Assembly (NCBI RefSeq): GCF_006345805.1
Contig: NC_043007.1
Coordinates: 51,708,001 to 51,772,000, forward strand
Source of the DNA: Octopus sinensis
Taxonomy: Eukaryota
Length of the DNA: 64,000 nucleotides
Reading direction: 5' to 3'
Shown here: in pieces, positions 1 to 12,159 of the stretch
Numbering within the stretch: the first letter of the stretch is position 1
Layout of the letters: each line of letters opens with the position of its first letter
The notes under the pieces: model-generated
Database searches by the model: none
What the model was told of the DNA's origin: nothing
What the model saw: only the letters and a program-made list of their open reading frames with translations
Made by a program: the position numbers and the translations under genes

Positions 1-874
1 GGTCGGTTGAGCTGAAAATATGCACACCTATGTTAAAAGTGCTGGCGAGTTTGCAAGGCAACTATGTTTTTCCTCAAATAAAGGCGTAACCTCTAGGACA
101 AAATTCCTCATCTTATAAAATGTGGCCCCAGTAGACCCGAATGAAATCGGGTTATATTAACCAAAATGTGAAAAGGGGTCTAAATGGGGCAGGAAGGGGA
201 TTAAAATTTACAGGAGCGGGTGTTTAGGAATTCTCTGTTACATCAAGCTAAAAAATTTGCGCCAGCCTTTAAATCTTCAATGTGTTGCCGTCCATCATGA
301 AGAAGTTTTGAATGCTTGCATTGGTGAGTCTACTGTCGTGAGAAAGAATCACTTCAAAACTTGGTGTTTAGGAATTTTCTTTTACATCAAGTTCAAAATT
401 TTACGCCAGCCGTTAAACTGCCACTACGTTGCTGTCCGTCGTTAAGAAATGCCAGCCATTGTGACTCTACTATCCTCAGATTCTATCCCTTCAAACTTTG
501 GTTTCCAATATTTTTTTTTTATTCAGCTCGCAAGTTCGTCTGTCCCTTTTAAATGTTAGTGTTTTGCCGTCTGCCTTGAAGCAGACCTTTCCGTTGTCAC
601 TGCCTGATATTTATGATTGATCTTTCAAAATATTTTTTCTCAACTTACTCAAGATCTTTTGTTGTTTATAAATGGGAGAGAGATAGATAAAGATAGAGAG
701 TAAGAGAAAGCGACGGAGAGTCCGAGAGAAAGGAAGAGTTAGAGAGTGGGAAAGTGAGGGAGAAAGGAGAGAGAAACAAAGAGGGAGAATGTTGGTGATA
801 AAAAACAGAAAGGAAGCAACAGAAAGTAACAACCACACTCTTACCCGCGCGTAGAGCGGGTCACCTTAGGCTAG
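1..874 (+). mobile_element. Helitron-like non-autonomous element, 3' part (5' end probably outside the window)
   Basis: GC-rich hairpin ACCCGC-N7-GCGGGT (843-861) followed by CTAG (871-874), then T and (TA)n: typical Helitron 3' terminus. The upstream extent is inferred. Confidence 0.5.
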
Positions 875-1029
875 TATAAATATATATATATATAATTCAG
901 GTGATATTCATTTACATGAGGAATTAAAGTACATTGCATATAATATAAGCTATATAGTACAGTAAATTAGTGTGCTACATGGAGTTAATACACTATCCTA
1001 TGGATATTCCTGCCTAGTTAGTCTAACTT

Positions 1030-1700
1030 CATCATGGTTCTAGTAATTAATCTATTTATCATTTTCTATAATGTTCCATCCTCCTGTTCATATTATTTTT
1101 ATAAAGGCCTTTATGTAAGTGGCCCTCCTAATTAAGTACCCCTATGAAACTATATTATCATGTATGTATTAACTCTGGAAACTTTTAAAACATTTTACAT
1201 TTCTCAATTTATAATCAATATATAGTTGCATGTTCTATAGCTTCAATATCCCTCTAGTAAATACCAGGTATCAGTATTTATAGATACAACCTAATAACTA
1301 ATAACTAGTAATTAAATAATTTAGTTTAAATGATTGGATTATTAAACAAATTCAACATAATCTTCTCTTTTATATGAATGATAATAAGGTATATATTTTT
1401 CATCATAGTTTTTAGTGATTAAACTATTTATTCCTTTTTATGGTGGTCTACCCTACTGATCATATTATTATTTTTGTAATAGCCTTTATGTAAGTAAACC
1501 TAATGTTTGTACCCCTAGAAATTTATATTAGCTTACATATAACAGCACCGGAAACTCCACAACTTATAATATACCTCTTAGATTATAATTATTAGTATCA
1601 TATAGTTAGCATGTTCTATTGCCCCAGTATTCCTTTATTAAATTGCCAGTAAATGAAAGAGATCAATCTCCATAGATACCACCTAATAAATAAATATTTA
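1030..1700. repeat. Diverged ~370-bp-period tandem duplication in AT-rich repeat-derived DNA
   Basis: Shared anchors gcctttatgtaagt, gtacccct, ggaaact, gcatgttctat and atagatac..cctaataa recur at ~1030-1305 and ~1400-1695. Confidence 0.6.
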
Positions 1701-2141
1701 AGTATATATTTAAAGTAATTCTATGTAATTTTTTTCTCCCTCTATTGTTGTAAATTTTGGTATGTACTCAAAATTGACTTAAGATCTTCCTTTACCAAAC
1801 CTCATAAAAACCAGTTAATTTATACTACTTCAAAATAATCTTGACAAGTTTTATGACTATATCCACTATGATTCTGTCATCTCCCTCATGCCCTTTCCTA
1901 TCAGACACTGCTCTGTTGTCTTAGATTTTGATATACAAAGATTTGATAAACTAGGACTATAAATCATAACCGACCCCAAAAATCAGTGACAAATTAGAAC
2001 ATTAGCAAGTTTCTTTTTTCCTGATGTCTTAGTAGCTTCTAAGCTGAAGTGAAAACAGCATGGACTTATAAAATTAATTCCTCTTACGGGATTTAAGTAA
2101 AATTATACAAATGTGTCCGACTGTTTAAATTAATTCTATTT

Positions 2142-2229
2142 ATGCAGCTGAGGATAGTTCTGCATTTAAATTGAAGTAATGATTGCATTGTTCAATTAAA
2201 TGGAGCTGCTTGAAACGGTCGTACTGCAT
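2142..2229 (+). ncRNA. Type I hammerhead ribozyme fold, intact core, long stem II
   Basis: ATGCAG (stem I) - CTGAGGA - long stem II (catttaaattgaa/ttcaattaaatg) - GAAAC-GGTC-GTA^ - CTGCAT (perfect 6-bp stem I). Confidence 0.75.
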
Positions 2230-2395
2230 CACCTCTGGATATTTTGTTGCTTATTTTAATTATATATACATATATTGTGTGTGTGCATCTACACATTCGC
2301 GCATACTTATACTGGTATTTAACAATTTAACTATGATGATCGTTATATGATGAACTTTGGAAATCTCTTGTATGCTTTTACTCTTCCGTTTACAG

Positions 2396-2437
2396 ATTGT
2401 ATACGTAAAATGCCTGTTCGCTGGACCTTTTCTCTGG
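2396..2437 (+). CDS. Candidate internal exon of an unidentified gene (unverified)
   Basis: Pyrimidine-rich acceptor ...cttttactcttccgtttacag| and donor TGG|gtaaaa; 42 nt; splices in frame to 2513. Confidence 0.25.
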
Positions 2438-2512
2438 GTAAAAACCTAACTCGAAGTGTCGGACATTTATCAAAATAATCAAATCTACCAAAGATTACTG
2501 TTATAATTTCAG

Positions 2513-2619
2513 GTGAGATTTGTAATCGGAATTGGGAAGCTGTAGATCTCGAAGCAGTTGGCCAACATTTTTTCTTTGTCCATGAGTTTTGGGAGGAAAT
2601 GTTCACATCTGCAGGCTAA
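2513..2619 (+). CDS. Candidate terminal coding exon of an unidentified gene (unverified)
   Basis: Acceptor ...tataatttcag|G; the joined frame reads CIRKMPVRWTFSLGEICNRNWEAVDLEAVGQHFFFVHEFWEEMFTSAG*; no homolog recognised. Confidence 0.25.
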
Positions 2620-2732
2620 GATGAATTTTTAAGGCAATACATAATTCTTATGTTCAATCCCAAATGATTATACCGAGCGCTTTGTTTGCAAACGTTCCAC
2701 CAATATTCCTTGTGTATGTATATATGTGATTA

Positions 2733-3591
2733 CGAGAGGGTGCCCAAAAGAAATTAGAATTTTGCAATGTTATTTTATTCACTTAGTTTTACATGTTTAT
2801 ACTTTTATCGACTTCAAATTATTCTCCATTTGCAGCAATGCATACGTCCAGACACGTTTTCGAAGCAGTGCTAGAACTCTTGCGAAGTCATGCCTTTTAA
2901 CGCCTCCGTCGTTCTTTTTTCACCTCTTCCACATCAGCAAATTCCGTAGCACCAGCTTTTATCACCAGTGATGACCTTCGAAAAAAGGTCTGGATCAACT
3001 TCCAACTGTTCTTTCAGTTCGCGACACGCATTCAATCGTGATTTCTTTTGATCATTCGTGAGCAAGCGATAAACAAATTTTACTGTAACTTTTCTCATTA
3101 GCAATTCCTCGCTCAAAATTCGTTGGCAGGAGCTCCAGGACATAGCGGTCATATCAACAAGTTCGTCAATTGTTCAGTGATGGCCCTCCCAGGCCAGTTC
3201 ATGAATGTTCATGATGTTTTCATTCGTTCGGGAAGTCAACTGTCGTCCTGGACGAAGTTGGTCTTCAAGTGGCAAGTGACCATTCCTAAAGCGTGAAAAC
3301 CACTCGTAAACTTGTGTTTTTCTCATGGCAGTGTCCGTGTAAGCTGTTTGAAGCATGACTGCAGTTTCGGAAGAACGATGTTCCTTCGTTTCAGCCATCG
3401 CAAAAATCGACAACAGGGGAAGAGCACTGCAAAATAAAGACACACTACGTGCAGTACGACCTCGCTGCACAACGCCGGTCAGCAGACTGATGTCTGAGGG
3501 TCGCATAAAGAACCTTCTAATGGCGGAAGCCTGAACTACAACGGGCATGTCCCACAGAGAACGTTTCCGGTTACTTTTGGGTAACTCCTCG
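2733..3591 (-). mobile_element. mariner (DD34D-type) transposon relic, internally deleted
   Basis: Transposase fragments QVYEWFSRFRNG..RPGR and SKVITGDKSWCYG join directly to C-terminal FADVEEVKK, so the catalytic core is lost. Diverged TIRs CGAG..CCCAAAAG at both ends, TA on the left. Confidence 0.85.
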
Positions 3592-3785
3592 AATGAACTC
3601 AACATTTTTTTTTCATTCTCTATTTATTTCCACATATTCCTTTGTGTCGAAGAACGTAGTTTCGAAACGTAAAAGACTTTTCCATTTTTCCCAAGCGTCA
3701 ACCTAATACACTTGATATTGTTCCTACACATGTCTTCGTCTTTGTTTTTCTGGAAATTTGAAGTATATATATATATAGTTCAAAT

Positions 3786-3952
3786 ATAAAGTTAGATAAG
3801 GCCGGTTTATGGGATTACTCTGGGTTTCACGTCCTTAAAGCGTATCATCAGATTTCAGCAAGCTTTGGAATCTGCTGATACGCCGTAAGGCTAATTGTTC
3901 TATGGACGTGAAACCCGGGATAAAGCCATAAACCGGCCTTATCTAACTTTAT
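3786..3952. repeat. Fold-back of a Penelope pLTR-like segment with degenerate HHR copies on both strands
   Basis: 27-bp perfect inverted repeat (3786-3812/3926-3952), inner gggtttcacgtcc/ggacgtgaaaccc; the minus strand has CTGATGA..GAAAC..GTA. Confidence 0.8.
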
Positions 3953-4370
3953 TTATATGATATACTGCTCTATAACTTAGAGTGTCCTTCTTTTTCAGAT
4001 TTATATATATATATGTGTGTGTGTGTGTAAGCAGATTAGCAGAGTTAGCGGTTATAATAACCGACTAAGGGGTAAAATATCCGTATATACTATCGGTATC
4101 CTTTACTCGTGTTATCTCAGGACATGAGTATGCTGGGACTCTATGCTTATAGAGTACAGGTAACAACAGAATAAACAAAAGTTTATCAGGAAACAAATAT
4201 AAATAATCAGAAAAAAGAGAAAACCTCTGATCAACAAGCACATCAATTGGACCACATTTAAAGCTTATTGTTTAATACAGAACATGACATAACATTTATG
4301 TGACATAATAAATCTTACGGCTGTTTCCGCATCCGGTGCCGATCAATGTTTACAAATAATTGCGAAAATA

Positions 4371-5886
4371 AAATTCCTCATCTTCATAGGACATTTGAGT
4401 CGGGGTACGGTGTTTCATCAAAGTAAAACAAAAGAATCCAAAATAAACAAAAGTAAGAATGAACAGGGAAGAAAACATGGTCTAGAAAAGAAATCTGGAA
4501 ACCTAAAATATTAAAAGCATATACACTACCATCCTAGGACTACGAAAGTCCGTAGGTAAGAGAGTGAACTAGTACTAGTCTAGGGAGTAAAAATATTTTG
4601 GGGTTAATTCCAATATAAGGCGAACCAAGATGTTTTAAAAGTTATGAAGAGAAATTATCAAAAAATAATAATACAAGGAAACTAACATGACTGTCAATGG
4701 GCATTACCTATGCTAACGATAAAACTCGAGGTAGAATGTATCCAAAAAATTACTATGGATGTATTTGTTGGCACTTGCTGTAATTTGGACTTAATTCTCT
4801 ACTAACTTATTGTCCTTCCTCCGCTTATTGTTCTTCCTCCACTTTAAATAGACATTAATTAGCTCTATTTATTTAGGAACATTGCCCGCATATTTGATTT
4901 ATTTATTTTATTATATTCTATTTTATTTTATTGTACTCAGTGTTTACTCTCTTTCACCATATATTGTATGGGTCTGCATGCACTTGGTATTATGGTAGCT
5001 GTGCTTACCAGAAGATATTTGTAAAATTTGGTTTTACTATGGAGAACAGTAAGTGTAACCTGTTGATTCAAATAGTATGTCTGAACCGACTTATAGTCAA
5101 TATAATTTTTTATTTGTAATTTTTAAATTATTAAACTTAATGATACGAGCAATCTAATTTAGGGTAAAGTTTTGCATATTAAGAATACTTGCCTCCCTTT
5201 AACTATAAGTCTCGCCTAGTGCCCATTTGAACGTTTTCTCACGTATACTATACCGATAAACTGCAGAAGGACTTAAGCGGCCCCGTACCACTTATATCAT
5301 TGTCTGCTCCCCGTACCCTTTACTTATTTCATTATTTATCTTTATTTACATATCCATTGTAACGGTTTTAACTTATGTCCTCGGTTCAAATATAATTTGA
5401 ACAATTGTAGAGATTGCTGGACTTAAACTGTCCCACTGCGGACAACAGGTGGGATTCTCTGTAATATTCTTGTGAGTACACTATCTTAAGCACCCTACAG
5501 TAATGTTTTGGATACATTCTAACTTGAGTTTTATCGTTAGCTTAGGTAATGCCCATTGACAGTCATGTTAGTTAGTTTCCTTGTATTATCATTTTTTGAT
5601 AATTTCTTTTCATAACATTTAAAACATCTTGGTTCCCCCTTATATTAGAATTACCAAAAAAATATTTTTCTCCCTAGACCAGTACTAGTTCACACTCTTA
5701 CCTACAGACTTTCGTAGTCCTAGGATGGTAGTTTACATGCTTTTAATATTTTGGGCTTCCAGACTTCTTTTCTAGGCCATGTTTTCTTTCCTATTCCTTC
5801 TTCCGTTTGTTTATTTTAGATGCTTTTGTTTTACCCTGATGAAGCACGATGCCCTGATTCAAATGTCCTATGAAGATGAGGAATTT
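4371..5886. repeat. ~390-bp diverged inverted repeat pair (4371-4757 / ~5497-5886)
   Basis: Colinear reverse-complement matches, e.g. aaattcctcatcttcataggacatttga and catgactgtcaatgggcattacct. Confidence 0.8.
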
Positions 5887-6432
5887 CACTTAAATTGAGA
5901 TACCTTGTTAGGTCGGAGTAACATGCACACCCAAATATAGCAAACTCGGTGCAGAAGTGCCAGCACCTGATAGTCTTGCAGTGTATGCAGGTAATAGGAC
6001 CTTAGTGAAGAGATCCGCTCTTGGTTATTCAGATATGTACTTTATATTAAAATACTTTCTATAATACTTCCGAAGCGCAGATTTTAGAATAGGTGAATAA
6101 AGTATAAGTAACAAAGAGGTTCAGGTGTCAATTCATTACGGCCATTTCAAGCGACACCTTTAACTGATTAATGAAAATATTACATCATTGCAAAGAAACC
6201 GTTTTCGTCAGATGACTGCACGAATCTCAAACATAAAGGACAATTCGACTTATTTAACATAGTCAAAACTCCACTGGGCTAAAATATTTACATTAATTCT
6301 GTTGCTATTCAGTTGGCTATTCCGCCAAGAAAAAAATTATTAGATAGTGCAATACAGTAGTATTGCTTACCAGTAAAACAAAGCACCATCAGTAAATATT
6401 ACTGCATTATTGTACCACTATTCTATATGTAT

Positions 6433-6504
<72 letters not shown>

Positions 6505-6574
6505 AGAGAGAGAGAGATGTACTCGCATAGCAAGTAATTTGATCTGAGATCGTGTGCTGAAACGAAAACAATTG

Positions 6575-6831
6575 CAGCGTGGAAGGTGTTTATAAGCCAT
6601 TTAAGAAACACACAAAAGCCGTTCGATTCACTTCAACATTTAAGTTTAATTTGTCAAAATATTTTCGTCGCTAAAATCCGCGACCTCTTCACTGACAAAA
6701 ATCCTTTTTGTCAGTGAACAGGTCGCGGATTTTAGCGACGAAAATATTTTGACAAATTAAACTTAAATGTTGAAGTGAATCGAACGGCTTTTGTACGTTT
6801 CTTAAATGGCTTATAAACACCTTCCACGCTG
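6575..6831. repeat. Near-perfect 127-bp-arm hairpin with 3-nt loop
   Basis: Arms 6575-6701 and 6705-6831, loop TCC, three mismatches seen; same repeat family as 15625-15755. Confidence 0.9.
6707..6756 (+). ncRNA. Type I hammerhead-like fold with variant core GUGAACA (G3-C8)
   Basis: TTTGTCA - GTGAACA - G - GTCGC/GCGAC stem II - GAAA - self-complementary AATATT stem III - UUU^ - TGACAAA (7-bp stem I). Confidence 0.6.
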
Positions 6832-6837
6832 TTATAT

Positions 6838-6873
<36 letters not shown>

Positions 6874-6874
6874 C

Positions 6875-7288
6875 GCGAGAAAGAAGCAACAAGAATGGAT
6901 AGGTTTTTAGTACAATCGTTTCATACAAGGACAGGCTTTATTAAAAGTTGCAAAAATTACAGCATATAAACGTGTCCCGTACTCATCAGCTAAAATACAT
7001 GTGAGTTCTCTAGACATCCTAGTGGTTGAGGCTATACTCATGAAAGAACTTTAAAGAACTTTAATGAACTTTAATGAACTTTGGAAATCTGTTTATGTTA
7101 CTTAATTATCTACATTACTTCATGAGTATAGCCTCAACCACTAGGATGTCTAGAGAACTCACATGTATTTTAGCTGATGAGTACGGGACACGTTTATATG
7201 CTGTAATTTTTGCAACTTTTAATAAAGCCTGTCCTTGTATGAAACGATTGTACTAAAAACCTATCCATTCTTGTTGCTTCTTTCTCGC
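6875..7288. repeat. 170-bp inverted repeat with 74-bp spacer
   Basis: 6875-7044 is the reverse complement of 7119-7288 with no mismatch seen; the spacer contains (agaactttaa)-type tandem repeats. Confidence 0.9.
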
Positions 7289-7401
7289 TTATAATCACCC
7301 CACATTACTGTATTGTTAAAACAGTATAGTTTTTTTTGGTGCATCTAAGTTAGGTACCATATTCAAGTAAATTCATTTAAATTAACTTGAATCTTTATTG
7401 C

Positions 7402-7404
<3 letters not shown>

Positions 7405-7459
<55 letters not shown>

Positions 7460-7469
7460 ATATATATAC

Positions 7470-7544
<75 letters not shown>

Positions 7545-7636
7545 TATATACATATATATATATACACACATATATATACATATATATATACACACACACA
7601 AACACACACACACACACACACACGCACACACACACA
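7405..7636. repeat. (TA)n grading into (CA)n microsatellite
   Basis: Direct reading. Confidence 0.95.
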
Positions 7637-8900
7637 CAGGGTGCGATGGGTAAATTTATATTTTTTAATTTCATGCATGTGCATTGTTTTTTTTTTTTTA
7701 TTTTGTCGACTACACAGTATAGTAAGGTAGTTGGGCACCGTCTGTGAGAAAAACGGCACGACGACGCAATTCGCTCTGCCAGAAATTTGGAAACAACATG
7801 CTGTACTGCTTGGCATTCGCGCCGGAATCTCCAATATGAACATTTCAGAGTGTTTGGGTTTCAATCTGAGGACAGTGCAGAAGATTCGGAAAGAGTTGGA
7901 TCAGTCTAATTGTGATTACGAAGGAGCGGCAGCTTGGAAAACTCGCACTCATCGTTCTCATAAGAAAAGAACTCCTGAATTTGTTAGTGAGATTCAAGCC
8001 ATGATTTACAACGATCCCTCCAAGTCAATTAGGTCCATCGCTAGGGCAGGTAGTGCATGAAGACATTCGCTATTCCTCATACAAGATGAGAATGGACCGA
8101 TTTTTATCCCAAGCCATCAAAGACAAGAAGAAAGACCGCGCTATGAAGCTTTTGAACAAACTCAAGCATCCCCTCCTACCGAACATGCTTTGAATTTTCT
8201 CAGACGAGAAAAGTTTCTGCCAGGATCAGATGGTGAACATATAGAACAACCGTTGGCCTGCCGTGTCTCCAAAACATTTACCAAGAGTGATAAAAAGTAA
8301 ACATCCAGTTAACACCATCGTATTTGGAGTGATCACTAGTGATGGCGACGCTATGCCTCCATTCATCTTCCCACTCGACCTCAGACTCAATGTAGAAGCC
8401 TACACCAAGTGCCTGGAGGAGGAAGTACTACCCTGGGTCAAGAGGGTGGCTGCTGGAAGACCCTATGTCTGATAACAGGACTCTGCACCATGTCACACAA
8501 GCAGGAGAACCCAGTCATGGCTGTCAGACAATTTCTGCGACCACATCATCCCTAACATCTGGCTACCTAACAACTCCACAGGCAACAACCACCTTGATTA
8601 TTATGTGTGGAGCGCATTTGAGCAAGAGACCAGAAAAACTTCTAACATCAAAGATAAACTGAAGGCAAGGATTATAGCAACATTCACAAACTTAAACAAG
8701 GAAACCGTGCAGAAGAGTTGAAGAAGATTCCAAAGTCGTCTGGAGGCCGTGTTTGAAACTAATGGCGATTTCATTGAATAAATTTACTCATTAGTATTTC
8801 AAGATATTTCTATGTGATTTTGGCAAATGTATCTGTTAAAATGAGATGTCAATGTTATTTTCATTCTTGCGTAATTTAGACGACAATTTATTTACTGCAC

Positions 8901-8904
<4 letters not shown>
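7637..8904 (+). mobile_element. maT/Bmmar1-like DD37D Tc1/mariner transposon, near full length, decayed
   Basis: Ends CAGGGTGC.../...GCACCCTG; transposase pieces with FSDEK, QDSAPCH and LDYYVW; about 37 residues between 2nd and 3rd Asp after frameshift correction; several stops and frameshifts. Confidence 0.85.
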
Positions 8905-8960
<56 letters not shown>

Positions 8961-9559
8961 AGTGTGTATGTGTGTGACGGATGATCTCAGCTGTGGATAA
9001 TTTTGAGCAATGTTTCAATGGAGAACTACTTTGATAAAGTTCATATTTAATAGTATTCTTTACTTTTTGGGTTTTGATTTTTACTTTCTGTTATACAGTT
9101 ATAGTGGGGGGATGAACGGCAGAAATGATAAAGATGCTAATGTAGTGTTGTGCCTGTGAGTTCAGTTACCCACAAGATGTATTTTGTCTTTTATTCACCT
9201 AAAGTCGATAAATTTAGTAACAGTTAGGTGATATGATCAACTTATCCCTTATATTCTTTCTTCTACAAAAGTGTATGGTCTTGTGATTATGTCAGAAATA
9301 ATTATATAACTCAGGACAAAAACAGAATCGGTAGAGCAGCGGACAAAATACTACGTTGTTTTGCTACATCCATTTACATTCTAAGTTTAAATCCAGCCGA
9401 GTTAGACATTGGTAAATCAGAAATATGGCGTTGTAGGAATAGTCAGAAGAGAATATTTGCTTGTGATTTTTTGAATCTCCATTTTCATGTAGGTTTTGAT
9501 TTACTGTGATTTACCACCTGTAATCTAGCTATGGTCATCATAATCGTACTCTATTTTTC

Positions 9560-10350
9560 ACCTTGCGCTCTTGTCTCCAATTGGTCATCATGCATTTCTG
9601 GACAGATTATGACAAACATTCTGGGCAGATATTCGATGAATTATATTATAATAATGTGATATTCTGGACAGATACAGAATAAATTATGTTCATCGATTTG
9701 AGTGTTGCCTTCTTTAATGTTATTCAATCCACAACTTTGGGAAATACTATAGAATATGGCCAATGGTATTGGGATATAGAACCAATGACGAGATGAACCA
9801 CTATCAGCTTGGAAATCACTGGTTTACAGCATATGATGTTTCGCTGCCACTGTTTTACCATCTTTTTCTCCTACGACCCGCTTCCAAAAAGTAAAGCATG
9901 CATTCAATTGTGAACGGACAAAGTATACACACCATTCTGAAGTAACCAACTATCCGTATGATATTTCCACGGCCCATTGGTGGACCATAAATACCACCTG
10001 AAATTCTTGATACAAATGAAAAAATATTAAGAAATACTTCAGCTGTGATTTTCTGTTCGACGAAGCTTACACGGAGTACCTCTTTTCTTAGATTGCTGCC
10101 TACATATCTTTGATATAACACGGCTCCAGCCACAGGTTTTCGATACACGTTCAAACGGAATAAATCATTTCACAGCATGATCGATAAATACATTTACTGA
10201 TAATATTCGATCTCTGATCTATTGTCGTGTTATGATCCTTATCTCCATGCTATTAGATCAAGACATTCAACATTTGCACCAATACATTGTGGAGTTTCCT
10301 CTAATCCAACTACTTTTCGTAATAAACTAACATGTAACACCTAAGATACA
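9560..10350 (+). pseudogene. Possible ancient, highly degraded non-LTR reverse transcriptase relic
   Basis: IMFIDLSVAFFNV (9683 onward) resembles the RT motif FIDFSKAFDSV; weaker downstream echoes of the QGCPLSP and YADD regions; many stops. Confidence 0.3.
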
Positions 10351-12113
10351 ATACGTGTAAACATTTTTTTAAGTACATAAACATCATTCACACTGTTTGG
10401 AATAGATAACGAAAGCCATTTTGATTTTATACAATGATCATGTGTTCGATAAACACAAGTCTATTGAGATGGTACCCCAGCATCAGCTTCAAGCTTATTT
10501 TCCTTACTCGTTTATTCATTTATATATTTATTACATTGCTCAATTATAACATCAAACAGAACTCAGATCAACAGTCTGTGTATATTTGTATTTACAACAA
10601 GAAAATATATAAGATTGGATACAGGAATGTTTATACCAAGTTTAGATATTTTTTTGCTGACCTTAGACTGTGGCCATGGTGGAGCAAAGCCTGCTAAAAT
10701 ATTGATTACATCTCTCTCCACCTCATTTATATTTCTCACTTCGAAAGGGTGAAAGGAATAGTGAACTTGAGTGAGTATGCGTGTGTGCGTATGTGTACAT
10801 GTTTGTGAGCGCGTTTGTGTATGTGTGTGTTTGTGTGTGCTCTAAATGGAATGAACTAAAAATAATCAAGGTATGCAATATTGCAATAAAGTACATATTT
10901 TGATTTTCCGGTGGGTATGATTATGGTTGTGTAAGATAAATGGATGAAGAAGATGAAACAGAAATACGTGTATATACTCCAGAAAGATGTGGTTCAGCCG
11001 CCAGAATCTGATGCCAACATTAACATTCATTAAGACTGCTTTACAAAAGACTACCTACGGACTACATTAACATCACCATCAAACCACCATCACTACCATC
11101 ACCATCACCACCACCACCACCACAAATACCTTCACCAACATCACGAATCAACTCACGAAGCAGCGAAAGCACCTATACTGGTCGCTTAATCTGCTAGAAA
11201 TAGCCACCTAATCTCCCTCAAATAAAATTGAACCGTCTTAGAAAATATTAGTTCTTTGCACATAGGAAAATGATGCGTTGGTCACAGCTAGGATACCTTT
11301 GATATAAGACATGGTCGATTATGATTGACTAAGGGTTATATTTCTTTACCATTACTACCACAATAACAACAACCAATACCATCACTACAACAATCGCCAC
11401 TAACACCAACATTATGCAACAATCACCACAATCACCCACACGAACACAATCGTAACCAACACAACCACTACACCCGACACAAACACCGCTGCCACAACCA
11501 CTACTACCTCTACTACCATTACCACCACCACCAGCAGCACAATTAACACTTTCATCACCAACAACACCACCTTCATAGACACCATGACACCACCACCACC
11601 ACGATCATAATAATCACTATATTATCAGCTACACACACACACAAACACTGGCTGCTATCACCAACGATATCACCGTTGGTGGTGGTCATGCACCAGCACC
11701 ACTACAGAGGACGGTTCTTATAATTAAGACCACCCAAATTGTTGGCAAAAAAGAAGTCTATCATCAAAACAACAACAACGGCGGTAGAAGCGGTAACAGC
11801 AACAACGACAACAACAAAAACATAAACACTTTCAGATAAGTGACGTCATGCAACTTAAACAAAACCTTTTGGTGTCTTCATCACTCGCGTAAAAGCACGG
11901 GACTTCTCTTTCTCTCTCTCTCTCTTTCTCTCAATCTCTATCGTTCTCTCTCCCACACTTTCGTACATCTCTCTGTCTCCCGCTCTTTCTTCCTTCCTTT
12001 CTTTCTTTCTCCCTCTCTTTCTTTCTCTTTGTTTCTGCAACGTTTCTTAATTGCCATTCACCTTCCAATTTTATACTCGCACACTCTCAAATACGTGTGT
12101 GTGTGTGTGTGTG

Positions 12114-12159
<46 letters not shown>

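Noticed and set aside
7387-7864. Long ORFs such as IYIYIY, HTHTHT, CVCVCV and YLSIYLSI (here and at 12051-12380, 32855-34400, 36876-37187, 59645-59895, etc.)
   Set aside because: Stop-free translations of (TA)n, (CA)n, (TACA)n and (GATA)n microsatellites; no coding evidence.
9855-10154. 99-aa minus-strand ORF
   Set aside because: No recognisable domain; it is antisense to a possible RT relic and has stops immediately upstream.
11050-11720. Thr/His/Pro-rich mucin-like reading frames
   Set aside because: Cryptic (CAC/CAA)n trinucleotide repeat with stops and no splice signals.
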